A stretch of 64,000 bases of DNA from an uncultured Candidatus Saccharibacteria bacterium (GCA_964584895.1 CAZPAW010000001.1:197053-261052); one strand, 5' to 3'; shown: positions 29,653-40,693, counted from the first letter of the stretch. The notes: a model not told the origin generated them from the letters alone. Translations and numbers: made by a program.

Positions 29653-31440
29653 ATGAGTAAAATCTTCAAATGTGCCACAATATTTCTATTAGTATTCAGT
29701 TTTTTAATAGGTCCATCACTTAGCGCGTTAGATACAAATAATTTTGTAATAAATTCGTTTGATACAAATTATTACTTGCAGAAATCCAACAAAAACGTAG
29801 CATCAATGCGTGTTGTCGAAAAGATTGTCGCTACCTATCCTGATTATGACCAAAATCACGGCATTATCCGGGCTATCCCAAATGAATATAAAGACAATGA
29901 TTTGAATATTAAAATCCAAGCCGTTGTTAACGAGCAAGGTCGACCGTACCAATATTCAACTAGTGAATCAAATAATAATACCGTATTAAAGATTGGTGAT
30001 CCAAATACGTATGTTCATGGTAAAACAACTTATATAATTAGCTATTTAGTATCAAACTTTATTACTTTTGAAGGTTCTCATGATGAGTTTTACTGGGATG
30101 TTAATGGCGACGAGTGGGCTCAGCCGATTGATAAAGTTAGTGCGACTATTCATGTGCCAAAATCAGTTGGCAAACTTAAAGAAACCTTAAAAAAATGTTA
30201 CGAGGGAGCTTACGGTGAACAGGACAGCAATTGTAAAATCAAAATTTCAAACTCTGACAATATGCAGACAGTAAAAGTGTCTGCGTCAAAATTAAATCCT
30301 TATCAAACGCTAACATTTGTACTGGGTTTTGAAAAAGGGACATTTCAACCAGACAAACTGGCGTTAATTTATAAGAGAATTTTTATGCTTTTAATTATTG
30401 CTTCAGCCTTGCTACCGATTTTTATTACATTATTAGTTGTGATACTAAAATGGCGCAAACGCGGGCGTGACCCAAAGGGCAGGGGTGTGATTGTGCCTCA
30501 ATATATTGCTCCAAAAGATCTAGATGTTATTTTGGCGGACGTAATTCTTAATGAAAGATTAACCACTAACGCAATCTCCGCCGGTATTATTGAATTAGCG
30601 ATTTCAAAATTTATTATCATCCACGAGATAAAAAAAGATAAGTTAATTGGGAGTAAAACAGAGTATGAGTTAGAGTTAATAAAAAAAGAATATCCTCACT
30701 CTGCTCAACTTAAAGAAATAATTGTCATGTTGTTCGGATCGACTAGCAGTATTGGCGATAAGGTAAATATGTCAGAAAAAAAGAACGCGTATTATAAAGA
30801 TGTACAATCGCTTGGCAAATCGACAACAAGCAAAGCGTCGAGTGAAGGCTATTTTGCAGTCGACCCATCAAAAGCGAAGACAAGCTTTAATACGGTTGCG
30901 ATCTTGATGCTGGTGATTGGGATACTTGTAATGTTTACTGGTATCGGCATACCTCTAGGGATTGGATTAATTGTATCCAGTATTATCACATTCATCGCGT
31001 CTAATGCTATGCCTGCAAGAACAATTAAGGGTGTCGAAGTGCGTGATTGTCTATTGGGACTTAAAGAATATATTAAGCTAGCTGAGGCGGAGCGATTGAA
31101 GTACCTTCAAAGTCCAAAAGGAGTCAAACAGTACGGTAATCCAAAATCAACTAAATCAAAGGTAAAATTATTTGAAAAATTACTGCCATACGCAATGCTG
31201 TTTGGGTTAGAAAAGGATTGGGCAAAAGAATTTGAAGATATCTATAATCAACCACCGGATTGGTATCAGGGTAATTACAGAAACTTTAATGCTGCGTATC
31301 TTGCATCATCTCTTAATAGTTTTAGTGCAAATAGCACAAGCTCGTTTAGTCCTCCATCCAGCTCAGGATCAAGTGGATTTTCGAGCGGTGGTGGATTTTC
31401 TGGCGGTGGTGGTGGCGGTGGCGGCGGTGGTGGCTGGTAA
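29653..31440 (+). CDS. DUF2207-family membrane protein with C-terminal poly-Gly tail
   Basis: Signal peptide, ~230-aa extracellular domain, TM helices, and C-terminal 'SSGGGFSGGGGGGGGGGGW' typical of DUF2207. Confidence 0.6.
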   Translation: MSKIFKCATIFLLVFSFLIGPSLSALDTNNFVINSFDTNYYLQKSNKNVASMRVVEKIVATYPDYDQNHGIIRAIPNEYKDNDLNIKIQAVVNEQGRPYQYSTSESNNNTVLKIGDPNTYVHGKTTYIISYLVSNFITFEGSHDEFYWDVNGDEWAQPIDKVSATIHVPKSVGKLKETLKKCYEGAYGEQDSNCKIKISNSDNMQTVKVSASKLNPYQTLTFVLGFEKGTFQPDKLALIYKRIFMLLIIASALLPIFITLLVVILKWRKRGRDPKGRGVIVPQYIAPKDLDVILADVILNERLTTNAISAGIIELAISKFIIIHEIKKDKLIGSKTEYELELIKKEYPHSAQLKEIIVMLFGSTSSIGDKVNMSEKKNAYYKDVQSLGKSTTSKASSEGYFAVDPSKAKTSFNTVAILMLVIGILVMFTGIGIPLGIGLIVSSIITFIASNAMPARTIKGVEVRDCLLGLKEYIKLAEAERLKYLQSPKGVKQYGNPKSTKSKVKLFEKLLPYAMLFGLEKDWAKEFEDIYNQPPDWYQGNYRNFNAAYLASSLNSFSANSTSSFSPPSSSGSSGFSSGGGFSGGGGGGGGGGGW

Positions 31441-31457
31441 TTAGTTTACCGCTATCA

Positions 31458-32447
31458 TTAGACCCCGTACTTTACACTTTCTTCCATTTTTTTAATGAAT
31501 CCTTCGTTTGCATCAAAAACTTCATCCGTGAAAATATACATGAATTCGTAAGCGCGCTTTCCAATCATATTAAATACCATTACACCTTTGGCTGGGATAT
31601 TTTTTTGATCTGTTTTCGGGGAAGCAATTTCTAAAGTAATCTCTGCTCTTAATGTAGTGTTATCGCTTGATACATATTTATTGACTATTTTTGCGTTTTT
31701 GATTCTTGGATCAGTTATTTGCCATTTAGAATCGAATGAATCATCTTTGAATTCATCTGCAATTTCTTTTTTTTGGTTTTCTGTCACATCAAATGTGTAA
31801 GAGATTGTTTGAATATTTGCTGCAACAATTCCTAGAGACTGCTCAGAATTATTTTTTGATTTTTCTTTATGTACATAGTCAGCGGATAAGTCAGTTTTTA
31901 TTGTTTCTTCCATTTCGATAGGTATATCAAAACTCATCCCAGAATTTTCATCAGTCGAAAAACCGGTTAGCTCTACATTCTTGGTTTCAGAATATTTCGG
32001 TACATTAGAATTTAGCCTGCCAATAAAAATAATTGCCACAATAGCAATAAGAGCAACAATAAATACTGCACCCAATAATATTAATAATCTTTTTATAGGA
32101 AAATTCTTTTTAGGTGCATTAGATATTGGGGCTTGTGGTTGCATTGGTTGAGGCGGTTGTGGTGAATCCGCAAATGTAGGTGTTGATGATTGATTCAATG
32201 GAGAGGGTTGAGGACTAGGTATTGGTACTTGTGGTGTAGGAGTTGGTGGTGGCGGCGCAGTAGGAGAGATATTATGTTGTGGTATGTTTTGTGGCGGGGC
32301 AAGAGTTTGATTACTAAAGTTTGGCATGGGTTGAGCTGGTTCTGGTATTGGATTATTTGTTGGGTATTGTTGAGGAGGTATCTGTGGTTCGGGTTGCGGA
32401 ATAGGATTTGGATTTTGATTAGGTTGATTAGGATCGTTAGGTTGCAT
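31458..32447 (-). CDS. hypothetical membrane protein with Pro/Gln-rich N-terminal region
   Basis: ~120 aa of P/Q-rich low complexity, one TM, ~190-aa C-terminal domain. Confidence 0.5.
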   Translation of the reverse strand: MQPNDPNQPNQNPNPIPQPEPQIPPQQYPTNNPIPEPAQPMPNFSNQTLAPPQNIPQHNISPTAPPPPTPTPQVPIPSPQPSPLNQSSTPTFADSPQPPQPMQPQAPISNAPKKNFPIKRLLILLGAVFIVALIAIVAIIFIGRLNSNVPKYSETKNVELTGFSTDENSGMSFDIPIEMEETIKTDLSADYVHKEKSKNNSEQSLGIVAANIQTISYTFDVTENQKKEIADEFKDDSFDSKWQITDPRIKNAKIVNKYVSSDNTTLRAEITLEIASPKTDQKNIPAKGVMVFNMIGKRAYEFMYIFTDEVFDANEGFIKKMEESVKYGV

Positions 32448-32517
32448 TAGAGGCCTCTTATTTTTTAAATAACTTTATCTAATCATAACATGCTTATGCT
32501 ACAATTTAGATTAAGCT

Positions 32518-35298
32518 ATGAGGTTAAAAAAGAGTAAGAGGGATACTGTTATTAACAATGGTGATTACGGTAATAATTCGAAGCATGCAAAGAGAACCAG
32601 ACACCTTAAGTTAATAATTGTTAGCCTGACGGGTTTGGTTGCAGTACTTGTTATCGGGTTGTACCTGTCGCAGGCTAGAACAAAAAATACTAACGGTGAT
32701 TCGGACCAGGCTTTCCAAGAAGTTTTACAAGTTGAACCGCAAGGTAATAATGACGTAACAGTAAATTCAACTCTTGGATTTTCGACAACTTATAACAAAA
32801 AGCTATTTGAAGGCCAAGGTTGGATAATTGCAGAAAACGATAAATTGGACTACGTAACAGGTGAAGATCTTTGGAATAATAAAGATAAGTACAGCCCATT
32901 ATTTTTGAGCTATATTGAACCAGAGACACCGACAGCTAATGTGCTTTCAGATGATTTTGATATTAGAAATACAAATATGTATGTTAGCTCTAGTACGGTG
33001 AAAGATTTTTTTGTAAAACGAAAAAAAGAATTCGGAGCATCATTATCTGATACAGAGCTTGCGACGAAATTTTTTGCACCTAAATCAAGCGACAAGATAA
33101 CTTATAAAGCGACATCACCAACAAAAGTGAAGATTGGTGAAACTGAGTATACAAAAATTGTCTATAAAGCATCAAAACAATATAGCTACAAAGAAAGTGA
33201 ACCAGTTGGATCGCCTGACGGTGGACAAGTAAATTACATCACTATTCAAAATGGTCGTCCTTACGTAATGAAATTGACCTACTACGAATTTACGTCATCC
33301 CAAACTCTGGCATTATTTGAACAGATAATTGCGCAAACTAAATATACAAAACCAGATGCAAATTCGGGAGTTCTCGGTGCAAAAACTTCTGCCTCTGACA
33401 TGTTGTTGCCTACATCAATATTCTCTATTTTTGGCGCTACGACTGTTAACGAAGACTCTATTAATAAGGATATTAATGTGCCAGATGATTTGGTTGGTAA
33501 GACCGCTTTAGAGGTTGTTGCAAAAAATCAACCTTCCGTAGTGCGGGTTGGTTCGATTGATTGTAAAGACTTCAATCTTTTACTGAGTGGCGGGAAGGTT
33601 GGACTGAAGGTAGTTGATGCTTGTTCAGTTGCAGTAGGAACCGGTACGATTATTTCTGAAGATGGATATGTTAGTACTAATGGACATGTCGTAAAACATG
33701 GTTTTGTTCCGGCCTTGCAACAATACTTGGCGATTAATGTTGAAGCAAAAAACTACAAGCCGTTTCAAACATATCTTCAATACCTTTTAGACTCAAAACT
33801 AATAACCGAGTCTGGCTTAAATACTCTGATACAAGGAATTAAAGCTGGAGACGAAGACGCAATTTATACGATTCTTGATTTAGCATATGAAATACCTCAA
33901 TCTAACGTTAAAGTCACAAAAGAAAAAACAGAACTTGCTATTCAATTATCTGATGAACCGATTAAACTAAAGGATTTAAAAACTGCATCAGATTTTGTCT
34001 ATTCAGATAAAGTTGTCAGCGCAAAATTAATTGATTTTGACTTTGATCAGTATAGTCCTGATAATGGCGAAACTGATATTAATAAATCCAAAACATCAGA
34101 TGTGGCATTGTTAAAGATTGAAGGCAGCTCGTTCCCGGTGGCAAGTCTAGGGTCTATTAATTCCGTAAAAACTGGCGACTTAGCTACATCTATCGGTTTT
34201 CCTGGGTTTGTTGATGGTGGTTTAGAGACAAAAAAGGCAAGAACAATTCCTTCTGCGACTCAAGGTGTTGTCCAAGAGATAGTAAAAGAATCTGCAAAAT
34301 CGAATCGTTTGCTAGGAATTACTACTATCCCTACAGCTCAAGGAAATAGTGGCGGGCCTGTTTTTGATACTAACTCGCAAGTAGTTGGTATAACAACTTA
34401 TGCTTCAAGTAAGGGGGATCCGGAAGAGGGAGTGTCAAAATTTGCAGGCACTGGCGTAATGCGGGATGTCGCTGATCTATCTGCGTTAGTGACAAAGAAT
34501 AAAATCACATTAGATACTCAAAGTTCTATCGACGATATTTGGGACTCGGCAATTACAGAGTTTAGTAATGCTAATTATCAAAAATCAAAGGATCTATTTA
34601 ATCAAGTCGCAGAACAATACCCAGCTAATTATTTAGCATCTAGTTTTATAAAAGTTGCGGATACCAAGATTGCAAATGGAGAAGATAAAAGTAGCTCTAG
34701 CCCAATAAAAGTTATAACTAGCGAAAAGCTATTTAGCGCATCTAACCCTGTGACGTTAGCACTTACATTATTAATATTAATTACTATAATAATGATAATT
34801 ATTACGCTTATCTTATTGATTGTTCATAAAAAACGGGGAAAGCAACTACAGCAACCTAATCCACTAAACTCACCAGTCGATGGTTCAACTGCTGATAATG
34901 TGTTTCAGGGAAATCCGCAGACTCAATTGAATCGACCGATTAATCAAACAGCGACTAATTCTATGCCTCCATTGGGTCAATCGATGGTTGCCCAGTCTTT
35001 TCGGCAAGGAATTTCAAATAGCTACATTAATGCTAATAGCAATACCAACAGTAGCGTTATTAATCCCGCTCCACCACCACCGCTTCCTAGAGTTGCGCCG
35101 CCAGCTCCATCACAAAAACCCGTTTCTCCGACTGTAGTTTCTACTCCAATACAAAAACCAGAACTGTCAGTCGTAGCTCCTGATAATAGTCAGTCAAATC
35201 AAGTAGGTCAACCAATTAGCGATGTCAAACCTGTTGCTATTCAGCAATCTCCTGAACAGAGTCCAACAATCGAAGTTAGATTTGACCATGATCAATAA
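32518..35298 (+). CDS. membrane-anchored trypsin-like (S1/HtrA-type) serine protease domain protein with C-terminal TM and Pro-rich tail
   Basis: N-terminal TM. 'GTGTIISEDGYVSTNGHVV' (catalytic His region), 'TAQGNSGGPVFD' (catalytic Ser GNSGGP). Second TM and a 'PPPPLPRVAPPAPS' tail. Confidence 0.7.
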   Translation: MRLKKSKRDTVINNGDYGNNSKHAKRTRHLKLIIVSLTGLVAVLVIGLYLSQARTKNTNGDSDQAFQEVLQVEPQGNNDVTVNSTLGFSTTYNKKLFEGQGWIIAENDKLDYVTGEDLWNNKDKYSPLFLSYIEPETPTANVLSDDFDIRNTNMYVSSSTVKDFFVKRKKEFGASLSDTELATKFFAPKSSDKITYKATSPTKVKIGETEYTKIVYKASKQYSYKESEPVGSPDGGQVNYITIQNGRPYVMKLTYYEFTSSQTLALFEQIIAQTKYTKPDANSGVLGAKTSASDMLLPTSIFSIFGATTVNEDSINKDINVPDDLVGKTALEVVAKNQPSVVRVGSIDCKDFNLLLSGGKVGLKVVDACSVAVGTGTIISEDGYVSTNGHVVKHGFVPALQQYLAINVEAKNYKPFQTYLQYLLDSKLITESGLNTLIQGIKAGDEDAIYTILDLAYEIPQSNVKVTKEKTELAIQLSDEPIKLKDLKTASDFVYSDKVVSAKLIDFDFDQYSPDNGETDINKSKTSDVALLKIEGSSFPVASLGSINSVKTGDLATSIGFPGFVDGGLETKKARTIPSATQGVVQEIVKESAKSNRLLGITTIPTAQGNSGGPVFDTNSQVVGITTYASSKGDPEEGVSKFAGTGVMRDVADLSALVTKNKITLDTQSSIDDIWDSAITEFSNANYQKSKDLFNQVAEQYPANYLASSFIKVADTKIANGEDKSSSSPIKVITSEKLFSASNPVTLALTLLILITIIMIIITLILLIVHKKRGKQLQQPNPLNSPVDGSTADNVFQGNPQTQLNRPINQTATNSMPPLGQSMVAQSFRQGISNSYINANSNTNSSVINPAPPPPLPRVAPPAPSQKPVSPTVVSTPIQKPELSVVAPDNSQSNQVGQPISDVKPVAIQQSPEQSPTIEVRFDHDQ

Positions 35299-35335
35299 TA
35301 TTCAATATATCAGATACTGTAATCTAATTAATTAA

Positions 35336-35365
35336 AAATACCTCTTATTGCTAAGAGGTATTTTT
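35336..35365. terminator. bidirectional rho-independent terminator (12-bp perfect stem AAATACCTCTTA/TAAGAGGTATTT flanked by A/T runs)
   Basis: Lies between the convergent genes ending at 35298 and 35385. Confidence 0.7.
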
Positions 35366-35384
35366 GTAAGATTAGAAAGACTAT

Positions 35385-35729
35385 TTATTCTAGTTCTTTC
35401 ATTTCTCCACCGTGGACTGCAACTGCCCAGATTACAAGTACATCAATGACGATAATCATCAAAGACCATACAGGATATACTGGTACGAAAGCCATGTTAG
35501 CTATTGCGCTAGCCATTGCTACTAAAATTGCTATTGTTCGCCCAAAGCCTTTGCCTTGCATTAATGAGCCGGATGCAACAAGTGCTAAGAATCCGCCAAG
35601 GATATGTATCCAGCCCCATTGGCTATAATCAAATACCCATAAAGCGTTTGGTGCTGCAACATATACGTCTTCTTGAAACAATGCTACAAAACCAGCAATA
35701 ATGTGAAATACTCCTGCAAGCATCAGCAT
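35385..35729 (-). CDS. small integral membrane protein (3-4 TM)
   Basis: 114-aa hydrophobic ORF. The only good RBS (AGGAGG) lies ~60 nt upstream of the first ATG, so a non-ATG start is possible. Confidence 0.45.
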   Translation of the reverse strand: MLMLAGVFHIIAGFVALFQEDVYVAAPNALWVFDYSQWGWIHILGGFLALVASGSLMQGKGFGRTIAILVAMASAIANMAFVPVYPVWSLMIIVIDVLVIWAVAVHGGEMKELE

Positions 35730-35926
35730 TAAGCTAGCAAATCCAATCCAACCAACCCAACCAGTTACTTCTTTACTTTGTTTTGCTATGATAGAACCTC
35801 CTCTATTAATTTATACTTATATTATACTCCAAATTGTCAAAATATTAACAATGACTAAAAAGAAAAATACTCAACTTACATAACGTGGTAGTGTTTAATT
35901 CTGATATAGTATCTAATAGGTATACC

Positions 35927-36625
35927 ATGCAAACTCTACCATCTAGTCTTATTCCGTATTTTATAGGTACGATTGTTTTTGCCATATTTGCATGGAGGGC
36001 ATATAGGAATTATCGTAAACTACACAATCCACTATCGGGTTATTTTGGACTAATAGCGGGTTCTATATCGATTGCATTTGGTACATGGTCTATTCCGCTT
36101 TTTTTCACTCGTGACGTTCAATTTGTTAAATTTGCAAATATTGTCGGAGATTTTTTTCTTTACGTTTTTTTTGTTATATGCGCAGACTTTGTTTACTACT
36201 TAGCACTCCAAAACCATATTTCTAAAAAATTGTACCGTGGGGTTATTGGTTTGTTGGCATTAGTAGGCTGGTGTGCACATGTTTACGGTTATCAGCAATA
36301 CGGTATTGTTGTTACAGACTTAGCAGTCGATTACAAATTACCAACTCTTGCATCTGTAGTCGAATTATTTTTTCTCGTAGATGTATTGCTGGTTGGTATA
36401 TTAGTTTTAAAAAAATTACCTGAACAATCTGGGGTTCGTGGGCGTCAAGGATTGATTGGGATTTCAGTTTTATTTATATTGTCGAGTTTGGCTGGTGCAG
36501 CGAATATTGTGATGTCAGAAGGCTATAGTAATTCGCCGTTGATTGTTGGTACTTACATGGGTGCATTTATATTCTTTGTGGCTGTTTTAGTATTAGTCAG
36601 GCTTGGTACCAAAAAATCTAGATAG
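35927..36625 (+). CDS. polytopic membrane protein, function unknown
   Basis: ~7 hydrophobic helices. Start placed at the first ATG (MQTLPSS); the ORF is open from 35885. Confidence 0.5.
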   Translation: MQTLPSSLIPYFIGTIVFAIFAWRAYRNYRKLHNPLSGYFGLIAGSISIAFGTWSIPLFFTRDVQFVKFANIVGDFFLYVFFVICADFVYYLALQNHISKKLYRGVIGLLALVGWCAHVYGYQQYGIVVTDLAVDYKLPTLASVVELFFLVDVLLVGILVLKKLPEQSGVRGRQGLIGISVLFILSSLAGAANIVMSEGYSNSPLIVGTYMGAFIFFVAVLVLVRLGTKKSR

Positions 36626-37982
36626 AGTTAGCGAAATCTTTAATTTCTGCTGTAGTTACTTTCTTTGCATCGCTCGGCAAGCCACCTACTGGTGGCACTT
36701 CCAGGTAGAATGTAGCACCTTTTTTGAGCTCACTAACACACCATACTTTAGCGCCAATCCGTTCAGCCATTATCTTTGATATGTATAGACCCAATCCTGT
36801 ACCATCGGTTTCTCTCGTACGCCAATCTTCAGCTCTAAAGAATTTTGTGAATAGTTTAGTTTGATCGGATTGACTAATTCCTGCGCCACTGTCTTGTACC
36901 CAAAACCTTACGCTATTATTTTCTCCATTCTCGGCACCGACAGTCACTACTCCTTCCTTCGTATATGTGACAGCATTATCTAGAAAATTATTAAGTATTT
37001 CGCGAACATAGGTTGGGCTCGTTAGAACGGGATGAATATCAATAATTGGACTTGAGAGTAGGTTCAAACCTTTTTTCGATGCCTTATCTTGATGCAGAGC
37101 TTTTACTTGAGCAACAAGAGCTTTGGGGTCGATAGGTTGAATATCGATGTCTAAAAATTCGCCTTGAGCTTTGGCTAGGGTTGCCAAGTCTCGGACTAAC
37201 TGACCGAGATGAATTATTCTTTCATGAACAGTGTTTAATAATTTTATTGCATCTGGTTTCATAGAACTTTTTAACGGTTCTGACAAAAGGGTAGATAGCC
37301 CGGCTTCTACAACGGCAAGTGGTGTTCGTAACTCGTGAGAGGTTACAGAAACGAATTCGCTACGCTCATCATCAAGTGTCTTTGCTTTTGTTATATCTTG
37401 TATAACGATAATATAGCCATTACTGGGTCGGCCATTATCAGCTGTGATTGGATTAACGGCGACACGGATATTAATAGTTTCATTATCGCTAATTGCCATC
37501 GACAGATCGCTTCGCTCAACAGGACTTTTTGTAGATGATATATCGTGAAGAATGTCGATATGATTTTTCTTATTATCAAAAATATTAAATACCTTTGAAA
37601 AAATATTGTCGCGAATTTGAGTCTGTGGATTACATAATTTTTCAGTAGCTTTGTTAAAGAACTTAATATTTCCATTTTCGTCTGTTACGATTATCGCCAT
37701 ATCCAATGAATTAATAAGTGAGTTAGAAATGTTATGTTCTTGTTCGTATTGATGTAACATATGACTCAATTTGTCTTTAGTCTTTTGATCACTGCGTAGG
37801 ACGAAAAATACAAATGCAGTTAAAAACGATGCTACAATTACCGAAATAGCGATAGATGCCCCCGAGCTAATCAGTATCGCGCATGCAATTATTAATGCCG
37901 CCAAAATAACTACAAATTGTATTGTCCGTTTATCTAGAATATTTTTGTCTGGTAGGTCGTCTCCACCAAAATTCTTATCCAT
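36618..37982 (-). CDS. sensor histidine kinase (TM, PAS-like, HisKA, HATPase_c)
   Basis: H-box 'SHELRTPL', N-box 'LNNFLDNAVTYT', G-boxes 'DSGAGI' and 'GTGLGLYISK'. Confidence 0.85.
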   Translation of the reverse strand: MDKNFGGDDLPDKNILDKRTIQFVVILAALIIACAILISSGASIAISVIVASFLTAFVFFVLRSDQKTKDKLSHMLHQYEQEHNISNSLINSLDMAIIVTDENGNIKFFNKATEKLCNPQTQIRDNIFSKVFNIFDNKKNHIDILHDISSTKSPVERSDLSMAISDNETINIRVAVNPITADNGRPSNGYIIVIQDITKAKTLDDERSEFVSVTSHELRTPLAVVEAGLSTLLSEPLKSSMKPDAIKLLNTVHERIIHLGQLVRDLATLAKAQGEFLDIDIQPIDPKALVAQVKALHQDKASKKGLNLLSSPIIDIHPVLTSPTYVREILNNFLDNAVTYTKEGVVTVGAENGENNSVRFWVQDSGAGISQSDQTKLFTKFFRAEDWRTRETDGTGLGLYISKIMAERIGAKVWCVSELKKGATFYLEVPPVGGLPSDAKKVTTAEIKDFANSI

Positions 37983-38016
37983 ATAAATATCATACCAAAA
38001 TAACTTGATCTAAAGT

Positions 38017-39201
38017 TTAGCTATTATTCGAAGTTCGGATTTTTGTAGCATTAAAAGCAATCAGCGCCATAAATACAGCAACCACTAAAAACGCTGCCCT
38101 GTCAGACAATATAGCCAAACCTATACCGACACCGAGTCTAGCCAAGGTACTCCCGATCATGCTGGATGTACCATAAATGGGATAGGTCTTCTCCTCTTCA
38201 ATTTTTGTTACTTGATCGAAAAAGAACAGTTCGCTAATTGGTTCAATAAAACTGAGCGATATCGAACCAACTGAAAGCGCAATCATTGCAAATGCAAAAT
38301 TATCAGTAAAAAAACAATATATACATATAGCAGCTAATATTGCGTAGGATCCTACAAAAACGTTACGATAGCCAACTTTTGAAATAATATTCACGGTTTT
38401 GAACTCTAATAAAAATAATGGCAACTGGGTTAGACTGATGAATAGCCCAATACTTGCTACGCTGTAGCCTTCTCGTGCCATAAAAATTGGTATAAAAGTC
38501 CATATAAATCCCCACCAGACGGTAATTCCCATTCTTTGGATGTAGGCAATCTTAAGGTTTAAACGCGATAAGTAAAAACGAAGATTTTCTTTAACGCTGA
38601 CGTCTAATCTTTCCCGTTTTTTTATAACAGTTTTTATAGGCATGATCATAAGGTAGGCAGCACTAATTATGCAAAGCGATCCAGACAGAATAAACAAGCC
38701 ATTTACGCCAGCATAGTTGAGTGTCAGTCCGCCAAGTAATGGTCCGATAAACCAACTCAGATTTACTAAGGATCCCATCAGACCGGTGTCTCGGGTGAAC
38801 TCTTGTTTGTTTCGTGTTGAATCTTTGAATAAAATACTCAACGAATTAACACTGACAGTAATGCAAAGGTTAGTTACAAAGATTAGCACAGTTGCCATAA
38901 TTATGCTCTTTGTATACCCAAAAAAAACATAAGATAATCCAGTCAAGATAGAGCTGATAATTAATAACCTTAATTGATTAAATTTCTCAAGCAGAGGTGG
39001 CATAAATAGTGACATCACTGCTATTAACAGTGCGCTCAGACCAATAAATATCCCGATTTGGGAGTCTGGCATACCTAGACTTATTAAATATAACGGAACG
39101 CCTACAGTCGTTGCAGCTACCCCCAGTGTATATAGCATTCTGTTAGATACTAGTTCATGAGTAGGTTTTAAATGTAGTGCAGATTTTGCATGATATGGCA
39201 T
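38017..39201 (-). CDS. MFS transporter
   Basis: 394 aa with ~12 TM helices and the charged inter-helix loop pattern typical of the major facilitator superfamily. Confidence 0.7.
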   Translation of the reverse strand: MPYHAKSALHLKPTHELVSNRMLYTLGVAATTVGVPLYLISLGMPDSQIGIFIGLSALLIAVMSLFMPPLLEKFNQLRLLIISSILTGLSYVFFGYTKSIIMATVLIFVTNLCITVSVNSLSILFKDSTRNKQEFTRDTGLMGSLVNLSWFIGPLLGGLTLNYAGVNGLFILSGSLCIISAAYLMIMPIKTVIKKRERLDVSVKENLRFYLSRLNLKIAYIQRMGITVWWGFIWTFIPIFMAREGYSVASIGLFISLTQLPLFLLEFKTVNIISKVGYRNVFVGSYAILAAICIYCFFTDNFAFAMIALSVGSISLSFIEPISELFFFDQVTKIEEEKTYPIYGTSSMIGSTLARLGVGIGLAILSDRAAFLVVAVFMALIAFNATKIRTSNNS

Positions 39202-39238
39202 TAAGCTAATTATATATGGTTTTTGAACTAATCAGTAT

Positions 39239-39988
39239 TTAGTTATGTATAGGTATCAATTCAAAATAATCTGCATACTCTCCCAGTGAGTCAATATATA
39301 TATCATCAACTGCTTTCGGATTGAAACAAATACTTAGCCGATCCTCTGATGAATTAATAGTTGCATGAGCGAACACAGGATTCCACATCGTGCCATAAGA
39401 ATGTAGTGCTAAATAATCTCCCTTTCTCAGATCAACTGTCTCGCCTTTCAGGGTGTTCTCGATAGGATTCGTATGTAGATAACTGTTGGCATCTTTGGGC
39501 TGTCCCGCAATTAACTTTCTTGTCTCCGATACGCTTAATCTATCCATCAAGAAAGTAGTAGTCCCAGCAAGGGTCAGGTGGTGTGAAACTCCTGGGTAAA
39601 TGTCTGGGTGTAGAAGTGGTATCCTGACAAAAGTATTGAGAGATCCATCATCGGCTGCCTCTTCGTAATCGAAAAGGCCATCAATATGCTTAGGAATATC
39701 TTTTTTAAAGAATGTGATATTTCCTCTGCTCTGGGCAGTACGGGTTCTTGGTAGATGACGCAGGTTTAGTTCGATATCGTCAACTTGGACACCTTTTGTT
39801 ACTCTAGATGCTTCGTAGGCAAATCTTCGAAGCTCTGATTCGTGCGCCCAATATTCACGTGCTCGTCCAATGACAACTCCTTTTATACAAATTGCTCCGA
39901 TTTTTCGACAAGCAAGATTATCTAATAGGTCTCGGGCTTCTGAAAAAGTCTCAACTGTTTGAATCAATGCTCGCCGATTCAGATACAT
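39239..39988 (-). CDS. hypothetical protein (possible HxD...H 2OG/Fe(II)-oxygenase-like fold; weak)
   Basis: 249 aa. 'KHIDGLFD' then a distal 'LHSYGTMWNPVFAH'. No confident domain. Confidence 0.4.
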   Translation of the reverse strand: MYLNRRALIQTVETFSEARDLLDNLACRKIGAICIKGVVIGRAREYWAHESELRRFAYEASRVTKGVQVDDIELNLRHLPRTRTAQSRGNITFFKKDIPKHIDGLFDYEEAADDGSLNTFVRIPLLHPDIYPGVSHHLTLAGTTTFLMDRLSVSETRKLIAGQPKDANSYLHTNPIENTLKGETVDLRKGDYLALHSYGTMWNPVFAHATINSSEDRLSICFNPKAVDDIYIDSLGEYADYFELIPIHN

Positions 39989-40041
39989 ACTATATAGATA
40001 ATACCATAAAAGGAGAAATTATTCAATGTTAATGTACTGTG

Positions 40042-40491
40042 TTACCAGTTAACTTGAAAGCTAGATTTTAAATAGCCAATCTCGCTCCAGTATTCGTATT
40101 TTGGGCTTGGGGGTTCAGTATATATTGTGGTTGTATCCGGATTGCAAGTTACATTAAATCCTTCGTTGACTAGCCTAGCTGAAAGTGTGGTGTTAATTGT
40201 ATGCAAGATCGATCTATCGAATTCAATATCACGTGCAACAGGCTCATCTCTAAAACTACAGTAAGAGGTTGACCACCCCCGCATAGCATCTTGAAATATG
40301 CATTGCGTGATTCTTGCGTACCTGCTTTCGATCTCGGCTTCAACAGTTAAGGCTAAAGTAATTAAGTCTTGCTCTGTTCTTGAAAACTCGCCGGTTTTAG
40401 CGATCGCTGTCAACGATAATGCTCTGGTTAGCAAAGGTGTTGATGGTTCGATGACCATGCCTAATTCCTTATCATTCTTTCGTTTTTCCAT
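40042..40491 (-). CDS. hypothetical protein
   Basis: 149-aa ORF with no recognisable motifs. Confidence 0.4.
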   Translation of the reverse strand: MEKRKNDKELGMVIEPSTPLLTRALSLTAIAKTGEFSRTEQDLITLALTVEAEIESRYARITQCIFQDAMRGWSTSYCSFRDEPVARDIEFDRSILHTINTTLSARLVNEGFNVTCNPDTTTIYTEPPSPKYEYWSEIGYLKSSFQVNW

Positions 40492-40693
40492 AAATAATAT
40501 CCTTTCTTTTGATGGTTATTTAATTGTTATGTTTATTTTATAAAGGGGATGGCAATTTTTGATTTGCTCGGCTTTCGCATTGGAATAGCCGCACTTACAA
40601 AAAATGCGCACAGAATCTACTATATAATAGCAAAAAAATCAAAATATGTCAAGTACATAGTAGTTATGCCGGGCCGTACTGTAAAATATTGAT

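Noticed and set aside
31232-31444. 70-aa + strand ORF overlapping the poly-Gly tail of the DUF2207 protein
   Set aside because: Alternative frame of GGT/GGC repeats nested within a longer, better-supported ORF.
32190-32450. 86-aa Trp/Arg-rich + strand ORF
   Set aside because: Antisense to the Pro-rich region of 31458..32447 (CCN codons read as NGG). Compositional artefact.
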